A stretch of DNA of 60,096 bases. Origin: Candidatus Omnitrophota bacterium. GTDB taxonomy: Bacteria > Omnitrophota > Gorgyraeia > Tantalellales > Tantalellaceae. Positions 42,269 through 52,579 of this stretch are shown here, piece by piece. The position numbers and the translations under genes are program-made. The stretch is from contig JBARQV010000065.1 in the NCBI GenBank assembly GCA_049643885.1, positions 1-60,096 on the forward strand, given 5' to 3'. How positions within the stretch are numbered: position 1 is the stretch's first letter; each line of letters starts with the position of its first letter. A model generated the notes under the pieces. It did not search any database. It was given only the letters and a program-made list of their open reading frames with translations, and was not told where the DNA came from.

Positions 42269-44870
42269 TTTCCGATACTTCCCTCTTTAACTCTACCAGC
42301 TTATTAAGCGCGTCCAATGGGGTCAATGAGTCTAGATCAAGTTTCTTTAACTTTTCCACCACGGGGCTCTCCTGAACCACGGGGTCGAAAAACGAAAGTT
42401 GCTTTTCACCGGACTCTTTCTCTTTGAACCGGGTCTTGATATTTCCCCGGACGGAATCATTATGCAGATTATAAAGTATTTCTCTGGCTCTTATAACGAC
42501 CTTTTCGGGAAGTCCTGCCAGTTTCGCCACATGAATGCCGAAACTTTCGTCACAGCTGCCTTCTATTACCTTGTACAGGAAAACGACTTCCCCTTTCCAC
42601 TGCCGGACGGCCAGGTTATAATTTTTTATTCCGTTCATGACCTGGGATAATTCCGTGAGTTCATGGTAATGAGTGGCAAAAAGCGTCTTTGCCCCCGAAA
42701 GCTTGTCGTGGATGAATTCCACTATTGCCCACGCGATGGAAACACCGTCGAAGGTACTCGTCCCTCTCCCTACTTCATCGAGGATGAGGAGACTCCTGTC
42801 CGTAGCGTTATTTAAGATGTTCGCCGCCTCCACCATCTCAACCATGAAAGTACTCATGCCTTTATAAAGCCTGTCAGAAGCCCCGACCCGCGTGAATATC
42901 CTGTCGATCATCCCTACTTCCGCCCCTTTCGCGGGGACGAAGCTTCCCATCTGGGCCATTATCGTCAAAAGGGCGACCTGTCTTATAAAAGTCGACTTTC
43001 CGGCCATATTGGATCCTGTGATTATAAAAATACGGCCCTCTTTATCGTCCATCAGGACGTCGTTAGGGATAAACTCCTTCTCTTTCAGCACCTTCTCCAG
43101 GACAGGGTGACGCCCGTCCGTGATACGCAATGTTCTCCCGTTATTTACCACGGGCCGGACGTAATGATTTTTCACCGCGACTTCCGCGAGGGAAGACAAA
43201 ACGTCCATGTCGGCGGTATAGTCGGCCGTCCTCTTAAGCCTCTCGAATTCACTCCCGATCCTGGCGCGCAACCGGCAGAATATTTCACATTCAACTTCCT
43301 TGATGCGCTCTTCAGCGCCTATTATCTTGGACTCGTATTCCTTGAGCTCCGGCGTGATGAACCTCTCCGCGTTAGTCAGTGTCTGCTTCCGGACATAATC
43401 CGGGGGAACCGCGTCAAGGTTGGCATTTGTGACCTCGATATGATAGCCGAAGATCTTATTATAGCCGACTTTTAGAGAGCTTATCCCTGTCCGTTCTATC
43501 TCCCGCTTCTGGAGCTTTGAAAGCCAGGCCTTGCTGTTAGTAAGAATGTCCCTTAATTCATCGACCTCCGGGCTATAACCGTCTTTTATCAAGCCGCCTT
43601 CTTTCAGAGAAACGGGCGGGTCCTCGAGAAGACACTCATCCACCCAGCCGGTAACATCTTCAAAATCATCCAGGCCGTCTGCGATCTCCTTTATCTTTCC
43701 AGATGCGCCTTTCAAGGATCCCTTCAATTCTTTCACGTTCTTCAACGAAGCGGACAAGGCCATGATATCCCTGGCATTCGCCGTCTCTGTATTAGCCCTG
43801 TTTGAAAGCCTTTCGATATCATGTATCCGGCTCAAAAGCCCTCTCGCGTTTTTCCGTATACTGCGATCGACGCGGAAATACTCGACAGCGTCCAGCCTTT
43901 CATCTACGGCCTCCGGTTCCAAGAGCGGGTTGAGCAGCCACTTTTTCAACCGCCTTTTACCCATCGGCGTATTTGTCTCGTCCAGGACTTCAAGAAGCGT
44001 ACCGGTGGTCGAGAGGTCTTCGATGTTCTGGACCAACTCAAGATTGCGCTGGGAATTCCGGTCTATGGTCATGAACTGGCTCACCCGGTAAGTAGATATA
44101 GCGTCGATATTGGTCAGGGAGGATTTCTGTGTGTTTTTGAGGTATCTCAAAAGCGCGCCGGCAGCGCCGACCGCACGGGGAAGTTCCTGGCACCCGAATC
44201 CCGAAAGGCTCTTCACGGAAAAGTGGCCCTTTATCTCTTTTTCCGAAAGCTCGCGGTCGAACATCCAGTCGTCCTGGACCGTCAAGGCTCCCAGGTTTAT
44301 ATCGCTGACCTGGCGGTATTCGTCCCCTTTAGAAAAGCCTTCGGGGATAAGACATTCTGCCGGCGAGATCTTATAAAGTTCGGAAAAAAGATCTTCCCTG
44401 CTGTCAAGCTCGGTTATCCGGAATTCACCAGTGGATATATCGGCATAAGCTACGCCGTAGATCCCATCCTCCACTTTGAGGGAAAGAATATAATGGTTCA
44501 GGGATTCTTCCAGGATATCATCCGCGATGAACGTCCCCGGGGTTATTATCTTGGTTATCTCTCTCGCGACGAGCTTTTTGCCCGGCTCGGGCTTTTCGAC
44601 CTGCTCGCAAATGGCCACTTTTTTCCCGTGTTTTATGAGCCGTGCTATGTAGTTCTTGGCTGCGTGGTGAGGTATGCCGCACATCGGCACCTTATTTCCC
44701 TTGCCGGCTTCCCTGGAGGTGAGAGTTATGTGGAGTATGCGTGTAGCTTCCTTGGCGTCGTCAAAAAACATCTCGTAGAAATCGCCAAGTCTGAAAAAAA
44801 GGATAGCATCTTTGTTGTCTTCCTTGATGCTAAGGTATTGCCTCATCATCGGGGTGAGACTTGTGCTCAT
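42237..44870 (-). CDS. mutS: DNA mismatch repair protein MutS
   Basis: 877 aa with TPMMRQYLSIKE and GDFYEMFFDDA at the N-terminus, Walker A GSNMAGKST, and DEVGRGTSTFDG. Confidence 0.97.
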   Translation of the reverse strand: MSTSLTPMMRQYLSIKEDNKDAILFFRLGDFYEMFFDDAKEATRILHITLTSREAGKGNKVPMCGIPHHAAKNYIARLIKHGKKVAICEQVEKPEPGKKLVAREITKIITPGTFIADDILEESLNHYILSLKVEDGIYGVAYADISTGEFRITELDSREDLFSELYKISPAECLIPEGFSKGDEYRQVSDINLGALTVQDDWMFDRELSEKEIKGHFSVKSLSGFGCQELPRAVGAAGALLRYLKNTQKSSLTNIDAISTYRVSQFMTIDRNSQRNLELVQNIEDLSTTGTLLEVLDETNTPMGKRRLKKWLLNPLLEPEAVDERLDAVEYFRVDRSIRKNARGLLSRIHDIERLSNRANTETANARDIMALSASLKNVKELKGSLKGASGKIKEIADGLDDFEDVTGWVDECLLEDPPVSLKEGGLIKDGYSPEVDELRDILTNSKAWLSKLQKREIERTGISSLKVGYNKIFGYHIEVTNANLDAVPPDYVRKQTLTNAERFITPELKEYESKIIGAEERIKEVECEIFCRLRARIGSEFERLKRTADYTADMDVLSSLAEVAVKNHYVRPVVNNGRTLRITDGRHPVLEKVLKEKEFIPNDVLMDDKEGRIFIITGSNMAGKSTFIRQVALLTIMAQMGSFVPAKGAEVGMIDRIFTRVGASDRLYKGMSTFMVEMVEAANILNNATDRSLLILDEVGRGTSTFDGVSIAWAIVEFIHDKLSGAKTLFATHYHELTELSQVMNGIKNYNLAVRQWKGEVVFLYKVIEGSCDESFGIHVAKLAGLPEKVVIRAREILYNLHNDSVRGNIKTRFKEKESGEKQLSFFDPVVQESPVVEKLKKLDLDSLTPLDALNKLVELKREVSENGKDKDKRPE

Positions 44871-44892
44871 CAGGCATCCGGGGGTGGGATGT

Positions 44893-45522
44893 TTATCCCA
44901 TGGACTTTCTTTGGAATCTACGCCAGAAGCCGCCCTTTTTGGTTATCTTTTTCTGCTCCGTCTTGGCCTTTTCTTTTCTGATCGCTTCGACCGCGCGTTC
45001 TTCTTTCTCTTCGTCGGCGACTTCCGGAGCAGCATGGACCGCTTTCTCTTCCGCTTTTTCCTTTGCTATTTCTTCGGCCTTCTTGCCTTTTGCCTTGGCC
45101 TTTTTCTTTTTCTCGGGTTTTTTCTTTTCTGAAATACCTAAAAGCTTCTCGTCCGGGATGGTCCTTCTGGTCAGTTCCATTATGGCCAGGTCGGCGCCGT
45201 CTCCCTTCCTTGTTCCGAACGGGATGATGCGGGTATAACCTCCCGGAATGTCCTTGTAAAGTGGGCCCAGTTCGTCGAACAGGATCTTCACGACCTTTTT
45301 ATCGCATAATTTCTTAAAAGCCTGTCTTCTCGCTGCCACCGAATCCGTGCCGTTCTTTGCTAACGTTATCAGGGGCTCCGCAAAAGACCTCAAGGCCCTT
45401 GCCTTAGCGCGCGTGGTCTCGATCCTCTGGTATGTAAAAAGGTCATTAGCCAGGCTTTTCAAAGTGGCCTTTCTCCAACTCGTTCTCCGGCTAAGCCTTC
45501 CCTTATTCTTCCTGTGTCTCAT
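44893..45522 (-). CDS. rplQ: Ribosomal protein bL17 with about 85-aa Lys/Glu-rich C-terminal tail
   Basis: MRHRKNKGRLSRRTSWRKATL... is the bL17 core (about 120 aa). It is followed by a tail EKKKPEKKKKAKAKGKKAEE... Confidence 0.95.
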   Translation of the reverse strand: MRHRKNKGRLSRRTSWRKATLKSLANDLFTYQRIETTRAKARALRSFAEPLITLAKNGTDSVAARRQAFKKLCDKKVVKILFDELGPLYKDIPGGYTRIIPFGTRKGDGADLAIMELTRRTIPDEKLLGISEKKKPEKKKKAKAKGKKAEEIAKEKAEEKAVHAAPEVADEEKEERAVEAIRKEKAKTEQKKITKKGGFWRRFQRKSMG

Positions 45523-45536
45523 CTATTTACCTTTCT

Positions 45537-46529
45537 TTAATCCTTTTTCTCTTCCAGTTCCTCTTCTAGCTCCATCCCCAGGTGCAGTCCCATGGAAGAC
45601 AGTATGGCGTTGATCTCATTCAGAGATTTCTTTCCGAAATTCTTATATTTCAACATCTCTGTTTCTTTTTTCTTTACCAGGTCGCCAATGGTCCTTATGT
45701 TCGCTTCCGCGAGGCAATTAGAACTCCTGACGGAAAGTTCCAGCTCGGATATAGGCTTTGAAAGCCGCTTCATGAGATCCTGTTTTTCTTTGGATTCTTC
45801 AGCTTCCTCTTCGATCTCTTCAGGAAGTTTCCCGATACTCATCAGCAGGTCGAAATGCCTCTGGAGTATGTTTGTCGCGTAAAGAAGCGCTTCTTTCGGT
45901 TCCATCGACCCATTTGTGTGGATATCAAATATCAGTTTGTCGTAATCGGTGATATGGCCGACCCGGGTATTCTCGACGTTAAAACTGACCCTCTTTACCG
46001 GTGAAAACAGCGAGTCAACGGCAATAACGCCGATGGGTTTGTCCCCTGTCTTGTTCCTTTCCGCCGGCACATAACCCCGTCCACGGGCTACGGTCATCTC
46101 TATCTCCAGGTCGGTATTCTCGGTCAGCGTCGCAATATGATGGTTCTTGTTGATTATCTCGACCGTTTCGTCCGTTTTGATATCCTTGGCGGTCACTTCG
46201 CCCTTCTTTTTCAGGCTCAGGAACATGGGTTTGGGATTCTTGAAATGTGACCGAAGGACCAGACCCTTTATATTCATCATAAGCTGCGGGACATCTTCAT
46301 AAACACCGGGTATGGTAGTAAATTCGTGGAGAGCCCCTTCTGCTTTCACCATGGTCACCGCTGTGCCTTCTATCGAGGAAAGTAGTACCCTCCTCAAGGA
46401 ATTTCCGATCGTCATGCCATACCCCTTTTCAAACGGTTCTGCTATGACCTGACCATAGATCGGCGAATATGTCGTCTCGTTGAATGTTATCTTTTTCGGA
46501 AGTTCAAAATTTCTCAATTTAACTGCCAT
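45537..46529 (-). CDS. rpoA: DNA-directed RNA polymerase alpha subunit
   Basis: Start at MAVKLRNFELPKK (46529), NTD motif GNSLRRVLLSS, and a CTD HhH (LELSVRSSNCLAEANIRTIGDLV). Confidence 0.96.
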   Translation of the reverse strand: MAVKLRNFELPKKITFNETTYSPIYGQVIAEPFEKGYGMTIGNSLRRVLLSSIEGTAVTMVKAEGALHEFTTIPGVYEDVPQLMMNIKGLVLRSHFKNPKPMFLSLKKKGEVTAKDIKTDETVEIINKNHHIATLTENTDLEIEMTVARGRGYVPAERNKTGDKPIGVIAVDSLFSPVKRVSFNVENTRVGHITDYDKLIFDIHTNGSMEPKEALLYATNILQRHFDLLMSIGKLPEEIEEEAEESKEKQDLMKRLSKPISELELSVRSSNCLAEANIRTIGDLVKKKETEMLKYKNFGKKSLNEINAILSSMGLHLGMELEEELEEKKD

Positions 46530-46564
46530 TTTATAGACCCTCCTCTTAATTAAGCCGTTAAGCG

Positions 46565-47197
46565 TTACTTCGAATACAATTCGACTATAAGGCTCTCTTC
46601 TATGGCTGCTCCGATATCTTTCTTCACCGGCAGCCTTTTGACCGTCGCGGTAAGGCTCTCCCCGGAGACTTCCAGCCACTCGGGAACTTCACGGCTCTCA
46701 AGCACCTTTATCGTTTCGCGCGCCGCTTTTTTCTGCTTATCGTTCCCTTTCATCTGGACCACGTCGCCGGCTTTTACAAGATATGACGGAATATTCACTT
46801 TTTTCCCGTTCACGATCATGAAGTTGTGTTTTACGACCTGCCGCGCCTTTGCGCGTGATTCCGCGAACCGCACCCGGTATACAAGATTATCGAGGCGCCT
46901 TTCCAGGAGCTGCAAAAGCACTTCGCCGGTAACGCCCTTCGCCTTTTCTGCCTTTATAAAATAATTTCTGAACTGTCGTTCGAGCACTCCGTAAATCCTC
47001 TTGACCTTCTGTTTTTCCCTGAGCTGGATCGCATAGTTGGAAGCCTTTCTGCGGAACCTGCCGCGGCCATGCTGCCCCGGAGAATATTCTCTCCTGACAA
47101 AAGCGCATTTATCGGCATTGCACCTTGTTCCCTTAAGAAACAGCTTTTGTCCTTCTCTGCGGCATAGCCTGCAAGATGATCCTATTCGTCTGGCCAT
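46565..47197 (-). CDS. rpsD: Ribosomal protein uS4
   Basis: Start at MARRIGSSCRLCRREGQKLFLKG, followed by an S4 RNA-binding domain. Confidence 0.96.
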   Translation of the reverse strand: MARRIGSSCRLCRREGQKLFLKGTRCNADKCAFVRREYSPGQHGRGRFRRKASNYAIQLREKQKVKRIYGVLERQFRNYFIKAEKAKGVTGEVLLQLLERRLDNLVYRVRFAESRAKARQVVKHNFMIVNGKKVNIPSYLVKAGDVVQMKGNDKQKKAARETIKVLESREVPEWLEVSGESLTATVKRLPVKKDIGAAIEESLIVELYSK

Positions 47198-47222
47198 ATC
47201 ATTCTCTCCTTGATTTCCTCTC

Positions 47223-47615
47223 TTATATGCGTCTTCGTTTCTTCTGCCTGCATCCATTGTGCGGCGTAGGAGTAACGTCTTTGATGTTCTTGATGTTGAA
47301 TCCTTCAGCCCTCAAGCTCCTTACCGCGCTTTCCTTGCCGGACCCCGGACCCCTTAAACGCACCTTTACATCTTTTATCCCGTGGATCCTGGCCTTTTTT
47401 GCCGCCTCTTTTGCCGCTATGCTGGCAGCAAACGGTGTAGATTTTCTGGACCCTTTAAACCCGGTCGTCCCCGGGGATGCCCAGCATAGAACCTTGCCGT
47501 CATCATCGGTGACAGTAACTATGGTATTATTAAAAGTCGCGTGCACGTATACGATGCCGCTGGATATCTTCCGTAATATCTTTTTCCTCTTTTTTACCTT
47601 GGTTTTTTTCTGCAC
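47223..47615 (-). CDS. rpsK: Ribosomal protein uS11
   Basis: 130 aa with [14 protein letters not shown] and TPTPHNGCR. Confidence 0.97.
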   Translation of the reverse strand: MQKKTKVKKRKKILRKISSGIVYVHATFNNTIVTVTDDDGKVLCWASPGTTGFKGSRKSTPFAASIAAKEAAKKARIHGIKDVKVRLRGPGSGKESAVRSLRAEGFNIKNIKDVTPTPHNGCRQKKRRRI

Positions 47616-47643
47616 GTTTACCCCTTCTTCTATTTAGGCTTTC

Positions 47644-48057
47644 TTACTTTCCTCCGCCGCCTTCTCCAACTGGTGCTTTTTTGATCGCTTTATCCTTGAG
47701 GACACCTACCGTCTTTTTAGGGCCCTTCCGCGTCCTGGCATTTGTCCTGGTCCTCTGGCCTCTAACAGGCAGATTTCTCCTGTGGCGTAATCCTCTGTAA
47801 GTCCCTGTAGACATTAGTCTTTTGATATTACCGGTGATCGCCCTGCGAAGATCCCCCTCAACCGGATAGCTGCCCTGGATGATACCCGTTATCGTCGAGA
47901 CCTCCTGGTCAGTAAGGTCCTTTGCTCTTTTATCGGGTGAAATGCCCGCCTCTTTTAACACCTCGTTGGCACGGGCCCTCCCCACTCCGTAGATATATGT
48001 CAAAGCTATTTCTATGCGCTTTTCTTTCGGTATATCTATTCCAAGAATTCTTGGCAT
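47644..48057 (-). CDS. rpsM: Ribosomal protein uS13
   Basis: [26 protein letters not shown]. Confidence 0.97.
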   Translation of the reverse strand: MPRILGIDIPKEKRIEIALTYIYGVGRARANEVLKEAGISPDKRAKDLTDQEVSTITGIIQGSYPVEGDLRRAITGNIKRLMSTGTYRGLRHRRNLPVRGQRTRTNARTRKGPKKTVGVLKDKAIKKAPVGEGGGGK

Positions 48058-48069
48058 CTCTTCACCTCT

Positions 48070-48183
48070 TTATCCCTGGCGCTGTTTGTGTTTAGGATCC
48101 TGACAAATGACCCTTACCACGCCTTTTCGTTTAATGATCTTGCACTTAGGACATATTTTTTTGACACTCGGCCTTACTTTCAT
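48070..48183 (-). CDS. rpmJ: Ribosomal protein bL36 (not in the ORF track)
   Basis: Hand translation of the minus strand gives [37 protein letters not shown], in the canonical infA-rpmJ-rpsM position. Confidence 0.93.
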   Translation of the reverse strand: MKVRPSVKKICPKCKIIKRKGVVRVICQDPKHKQRQG

Positions 48184-48185
48184 GA

Positions 48186-48407
48186 CTACTTTTCTCTCCT
48201 TATAATCCTTCCCCTGGTTAAATCATACGGGGACAGCTCAATAGTGACCTTATCACCCGGGACGATACGGATGAAATACATTCTCATCTTTCCCGAGACA
48301 TGGGCCAGCACTTCGTGCCCGTTCTCGAGTTTCACTTTGAACATGGCATTGGGCAGCGTTTCGCTGATCTCGCCTGTCACTACAATAGGTTCTTCCTTCG
48401 GGCTCAT
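48186..48407 (-). CDS. infA: Translation initiation factor IF-1
   Basis: 73 aa with an S1-like fold ([25 protein letters not shown]). Confidence 0.96.
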   Translation of the reverse strand: MSPKEEPIVVTGEISETLPNAMFKVKLENGHEVLAHVSGKMRMYFIRIVPGDKVTIELSPYDLTRGRIIRREK

Positions 48408-49147
48408 GTAAGTATCTCCGCCTCTTTCTCCCGGATTATCACCGTATGTTCAAAGTGGGCCGATAGCTTGCCGTCTTCCGTCACTGCTGTCCACCCGTCC
48501 GGCAGCACCTTGATCTTTCGCGTTCCCTGGTTCACCATCGGCTCGATGGCCAGGGCCAAACCCTCTTTAAGCCTGGGGCCCCTTCCTCTTTCTCCCCAGT
48601 TGGGCACTTCCGGAAATTCATGAAGCTCTTTCCCTATCCCATGCCCCACAAACGCCCTTACTTCTTGAAATCCGTTCTTCGCTACGATCCGCTGTATGGT
48701 ATTTGATATGTCGGACACCCTGTTCCCGGCGACCGCTTCCTTGATGCCTTCGTATAAACATTCTTTTGTGACACGGATCAGCTTCTGGGCTTCTTTGCTG
48801 ACCCTGCCTATGATATATGTCGCCGCCGCGTCCGTGTAAAATCCGTTCTTTTTGACCCCGACATCGACGCTTATGATGTCGCCTTCCTTCAGGACGACAT
48901 CTTCGGACGGGATCCCGTGAACTACCACGTCATTAATGGACGTGCAGATCGTCGAAGGGTAACCTTTATAACCCTTAAACGCCGGCTCACCGCCTCTTTC
49001 AATGATCATTTGCTCGATCTTACGGTCCAGATGCGCGGTAGTCATCCCTTCTTTCACTGTCTTCCCCGCGTATTCCAGAAGTTCCCTGACGATCTTCCCT
49101 GATTCACGGATACTGCGAAGATCAGCGTCGCTTGTCAGAACCGTCAT
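48404..49147 (-). CDS. map: Type I methionine aminopeptidase
   Basis: 247 aa with metal-ligand contexts DVGV, FVGHGIG, EPM and FEHT. Confidence 0.95.
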   Translation of the reverse strand: MTVLTSDADLRSIRESGKIVRELLEYAGKTVKEGMTTAHLDRKIEQMIIERGGEPAFKGYKGYPSTICTSINDVVVHGIPSEDVVLKEGDIISVDVGVKKNGFYTDAAATYIIGRVSKEAQKLIRVTKECLYEGIKEAVAGNRVSDISNTIQRIVAKNGFQEVRAFVGHGIGKELHEFPEVPNWGERGRGPRLKEGLALAIEPMVNQGTRKIKVLPDGWTAVTEDGKLSAHFEHTVIIREKEAEILT

Positions 49148-49821
49148 CCAATCAAACCTTCTTCCCTGAAAAGGGTGTCGATCTTTCCAAAAAGCTTGTC
49201 CGCGGACAGGTCACCATCTACCTCCCTCAGGACACTTTTAATCGCGTAATAATCAATGAGATCTTTGGTCTGCTTATCGTATACAACCAAACGATTCCTG
49301 ACCGTTTCGGGCTTATCATCCTCGCGCTGAAAAAGCTCGACTCCGCACTTGTCGCAGACATTGTCCTTTTTAGGCGGCATGTTTTTCAGGTGATAATTTT
49401 TCCCGCACTTGGGGCATACCCTGCGCCCGGAAAGCCTCTGCACAGCCACCTCTTCAGTCGTTTTGAAATATAGGACTGCGTCCAGCGCTTTTTCTGCTTT
49501 GTCCAGGGCACCATCAAGCGCTTTGGCCTGGGCCAGGTTCCTCGGAAAACCATCGAGCATAACACCTTTAGACGCGTCAGGCTTTTCCATCCTGTCTATG
49601 ACAAGCTGGGTAACTATGCTATCGGGAACCAGCTCTCCCCTATTCATATAGTCCTGGGCCTTAAGACCGGTATCGGTCCCGTCCTTTATCGCGGATCTCA
49701 GCATGTCTCCCGTCGAAATATGTAAAAGATCATATGCCTTAACAAGATATCCTGCCTGGGTCCCCTTGCCTGCTCCGGGCGGTCCGAGGAGCACCAGGTT
49801 TATCCTCCCCGAACTCGTCAT
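49144..49821 (-). CDS. adk: Adenylate kinase with zinc-lid
   Basis: P-loop GPPGAGKGTQ and lid CPKCGKNYH...CDKCG. Confidence 0.96.
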   Translation of the reverse strand: MTSSGRINLVLLGPPGAGKGTQAGYLVKAYDLLHISTGDMLRSAIKDGTDTGLKAQDYMNRGELVPDSIVTQLVIDRMEKPDASKGVMLDGFPRNLAQAKALDGALDKAEKALDAVLYFKTTEEVAVQRLSGRRVCPKCGKNYHLKNMPPKKDNVCDKCGVELFQREDDKPETVRNRLVVYDKQTKDLIDYYAIKSVLREVDGDLSADKLFGKIDTLFREEGLIG

Positions 49822-51167
49822 CCCAACCGTCCCCGGACTCTGCCTTTGCGCATAAAACCTTCGTAATGCCTCATCAGCATATGGGACTCTATCTGTCGCA
49901 TCGTATCCAGCATAACACCAACGATGATCAAGAGCCCCGTGCCGCCAAAAAAGCTGGCCACCAGGTATGGTATCTTGAGTTGACTGTTAATAATACTGGG
50001 CAGTATCGCTATTATCGTCAAAAAAGCCGCTCCCGGCAGTGTGATCCTGGTCATGATGAAATCCAGGTGCTCCGCCGTCTGCCTTCCGGGCCGGATCCCC
50101 GGGACAAAACCGCCGTAACGCTTCATGTTATTCGCCATGTCGATCGGGTTGAAAGTTATCGCCGCGTAAAAATAACAGAAGAAAAGAATGAGCAACGAAT
50201 ATACCACATAATAGAGCGGTCGCCCCATCATCAGCGCACTTGCCACGCCCTGTAAGGCCTGGTTCGGAACCAGCCCGGCTATCGTAGCCGGAAAAAGGAT
50301 AATGGACTGTGCAAAGATAATCGGAATAACTCCCCCCTGGTTGACCCTGAGAGGAATGAAAGTGCTCTGTCCTCCGTATATTTTTCGGCCTACTACCCTT
50401 TTGGCGTACTGTATAGGTATCTTTCGTTGCCCCTGGGTAATTACCACTACACCGACGATAACAGCGATGAACATGAAGGCCAGTAATATCAGCTTAAACG
50501 GATCGATCTGGGCCGCCGCCTCGACCCCCGGTGCCACCAGCGAGATCAGCTGGAATATAGCCGAGGGGAGCCTCGAGATTATACCGGCGGTAATAATGAT
50601 GGAAATGCCGTTACCTATACCCTTCTCCTGTATCTGCTCGCCCAGCCACATGATGAAGGCCGTCCCCGTGGTTAGCGTCAGAATAGTGAGCAAGCGGAAC
50701 GCCCAACCGGGGTTTTGAACGATCTGCATTCCCTGAAAACGCGCCGGATTCTCCAGCCATAAAGCGATGAAGAACGCCTGTATGATCGAAAGAACGACCG
50801 TACCGTAACGGGTATACTGGGTTATCTGCTTTCTCCCTTCTTCACCCTGCCGCGCGAGCCGCTCCAGAGCGGGCACGACCGTGGTCAAGAGCTGCAGGAT
50901 GATGGAAGCCGAGATGTACGGCATAATACCCAGGGCGAATATTGTGAGCCTCTGCATGGCACCTCCGGAGAACATGTTCATGATCCCGAAAAGCGTTCCT
51001 CCCTGGGTCCTTGCGATATTGTCAAAGAACTGGGCCAGTTTAGCCCCGTCTATGCCCGGAGTGGGTATAAAAGCACCAACGCGATAGACAGCGATAAGCC
51101 CTAATGTCAAAAATATCTTTTTCTTTAAATCCGGAATCTTTAATATGTTGCTGATCGCGTCAAACAA
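49818..51167 (-). CDS. secY: Preprotein translocase subunit SecY
   Basis: 449 aa with 10 TM helices, in the canonical position between rplO and adk. Confidence 0.97.
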   Translation of the reverse strand: MFDAISNILKIPDLKKKIFLTLGLIAVYRVGAFIPTPGIDGAKLAQFFDNIARTQGGTLFGIMNMFSGGAMQRLTIFALGIMPYISASIILQLLTTVVPALERLARQGEEGRKQITQYTRYGTVVLSIIQAFFIALWLENPARFQGMQIVQNPGWAFRLLTILTLTTGTAFIMWLGEQIQEKGIGNGISIIITAGIISRLPSAIFQLISLVAPGVEAAAQIDPFKLILLAFMFIAVIVGVVVITQGQRKIPIQYAKRVVGRKIYGGQSTFIPLRVNQGGVIPIIFAQSIILFPATIAGLVPNQALQGVASALMMGRPLYYVVYSLLILFFCYFYAAITFNPIDMANNMKRYGGFVPGIRPGRQTAEHLDFIMTRITLPGAAFLTIIAILPSIINSQLKIPYLVASFFGGTGLLIIVGVMLDTMRQIESHMLMRHYEGFMRKGRVRGRLG

Positions 51168-51176
51168 AACCCACTC

Positions 51177-51638
51177 CTACTTCACTACTTCAGCTTTTCC
51201 GCCGGCTTCCTCGATCGCCTTTTTGGCGGTAGCGGAAAAAGCGTTCGCTTTTACCGTGAGAGACTTGCTCAGTTTGCCTTTGCCGAGCACCTTTACTGGC
51301 AGTTTCTTTTTGCTCAGCATATTGCTGTCTACCCAAAAAACCTTATCGATCACCATGCCGGCTTTTACCGACTTATTCTTTTCAAGCGAACCGATATTTA
51401 CGACATTCCATTTTGTCTTGAATATGTTCGTAAACCCTCTTTTTGGTATCCTCCTGACAAGGGGCATCTGGCCGCCCTCAAAACCCGGTGTATAAACACC
51501 GCCGCCGGACCTGGACTTGGCGCCTTTGTGGCCACGGCCGCTCGTCTTTCCCCGGCCCGAACCTATACCGCGCCCTTTTCTTTTTCTTTTTTTTGTAGCC
51601 CCGCGCGGTTTTCCTATATCCTGTATCTTTACTACCAT
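51177..51638 (-). CDS. rplO: Ribosomal protein uL15
   Basis: Gly/Arg-rich N-terminus (GRGIGSGRGKTSGRGHKG). Confidence 0.96.
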   Translation of the reverse strand: MVVKIQDIGKPRGATKKRKRKGRGIGSGRGKTSGRGHKGAKSRSGGGVYTPGFEGGQMPLVRRIPKRGFTNIFKTKWNVVNIGSLEKNKSVKAGMVIDKVFWVDSNMLSKKKLPVKVLGKGKLSKSLTVKANAFSATAKKAIEEAGGKAEVVK

Positions 51639-51642
51639 ATTC

Positions 51643-52206
51643 TTATCCTTTTCTCCCCAAACGCAGCTTCTTGAATCCGTTCATGGTCGCTTTGATCACG
51701 TTCAAAGTATTCCTTGAGCCGAGGCTTTTTGTCAAAATGTTCTTTATGCCGGCGGCGTCGCACAAAGCCCTTACTGGTCCTCCGGCTATAACGCCCGTTC
51801 CAGGGCCGGCCGGTTTTAACAGGACTCTGGTGGCTTTGAATCTCCCCAACACTTCATGAGGGATAGTGTCTCCCTTCATCTTTAACTTATAGAAATTCTT
51901 TTTTGCCCTGGATGAACCCTTTCTTATAGCTTCAGCTACCTCCTTGGCCTTTCCCAAACCGACACCGACATTGCCTTTTCCATTCCCGGCAACGACTACC
52001 GCGTTAAAGCCGAAGTTTTTGCCGCCCTTGACGACCTTGGATACCCTGTTTATCTTTACTACCCGCTCTACATACTCCGCTCCGGCTTCTTCTGAAAGAA
52101 CTTCTTCAGCCTTCTTGGCGATTTTTTTGGTTACGTCTTCACCCGGCTTCAAGTTCTCACCTTCCGGTTTTTCTTTCTCGACGTCTTTTCTTTTCTCTTC
52201 GGACAT
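51643..52206 (-). CDS. rpsE: Ribosomal protein uS5
   Basis: [16 protein letters not shown] core with an acidic/basic N-terminal extension of about 35 aa. Only 4 nt separate it from rplO, so there is no room for L30. Confidence 0.96.
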   Translation of the reverse strand: MSEEKRKDVEKEKPEGENLKPGEDVTKKIAKKAEEVLSEEAGAEYVERVVKINRVSKVVKGGKNFGFNAVVVAGNGKGNVGVGLGKAKEVAEAIRKGSSRAKKNFYKLKMKGDTIPHEVLGRFKATRVLLKPAGPGTGVIAGGPVRALCDAAGIKNILTKSLGSRNTLNVIKATMNGFKKLRLGRKG

Positions 52207-52216
52207 TTATCCTCCC

Positions 52217-52579
52217 CTAGAATTCCAGACCGGCTTTCCTGGCGGCTTCCGCAAGAGCCTTGACCGCGCCATGATAAAGATATCGTGAACGGTCAAAGAC
52301 GATTTTTTTCACGTTTTTTTCAGCCGCGAGCTTGGCGATCTCGGTCCCCAAAACTTTAGCCGCATCGATATTTTTTCCAGACTTGGCTTTTAACTTTTCT
52401 CTCACTGACGGGGTTAAAGTCGATAACCCGCATATCGTCTTGCTCTGGACATCATCGATTATCTGTACAGTAATGGTCTTCAGGCTTTTATGCACGCTCA
52501 TCCGCGGCTTCCCCGGGCTGCCGAAGATCTTTCTTCTTACTGACATCTTCCTTCTTGATCTCTGTTTCTCTCTCTTCAT
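52217..52579 (-). CDS. rplR: Ribosomal protein uL18
   Basis: 120 aa with FDRSRYLYHGAVKALAEAARKAGLEF at the C-terminus. Confidence 0.96.
   Translation of the reverse strand: MKREKQRSRRKMSVRRKIFGSPGKPRMSVHKSLKTITVQIIDDVQSKTICGLSTLTPSVREKLKAKSGKNIDAAKVLGTEIAKLAAEKNVKKIVFDRSRYLYHGAVKALAEAARKAGLEF

Noticed and set aside
43821-44981. 386-aa plus-strand ORF, and other long plus-strand ORFs (e.g. 16153-17097, 26515-27243, 28251-29003)
   Set aside because: All lie antisense to strongly recognisable genes (mutS, RND, GT28, aminotransferase/lipB). None shows domain signatures, and all have composition typical of antisense frames.
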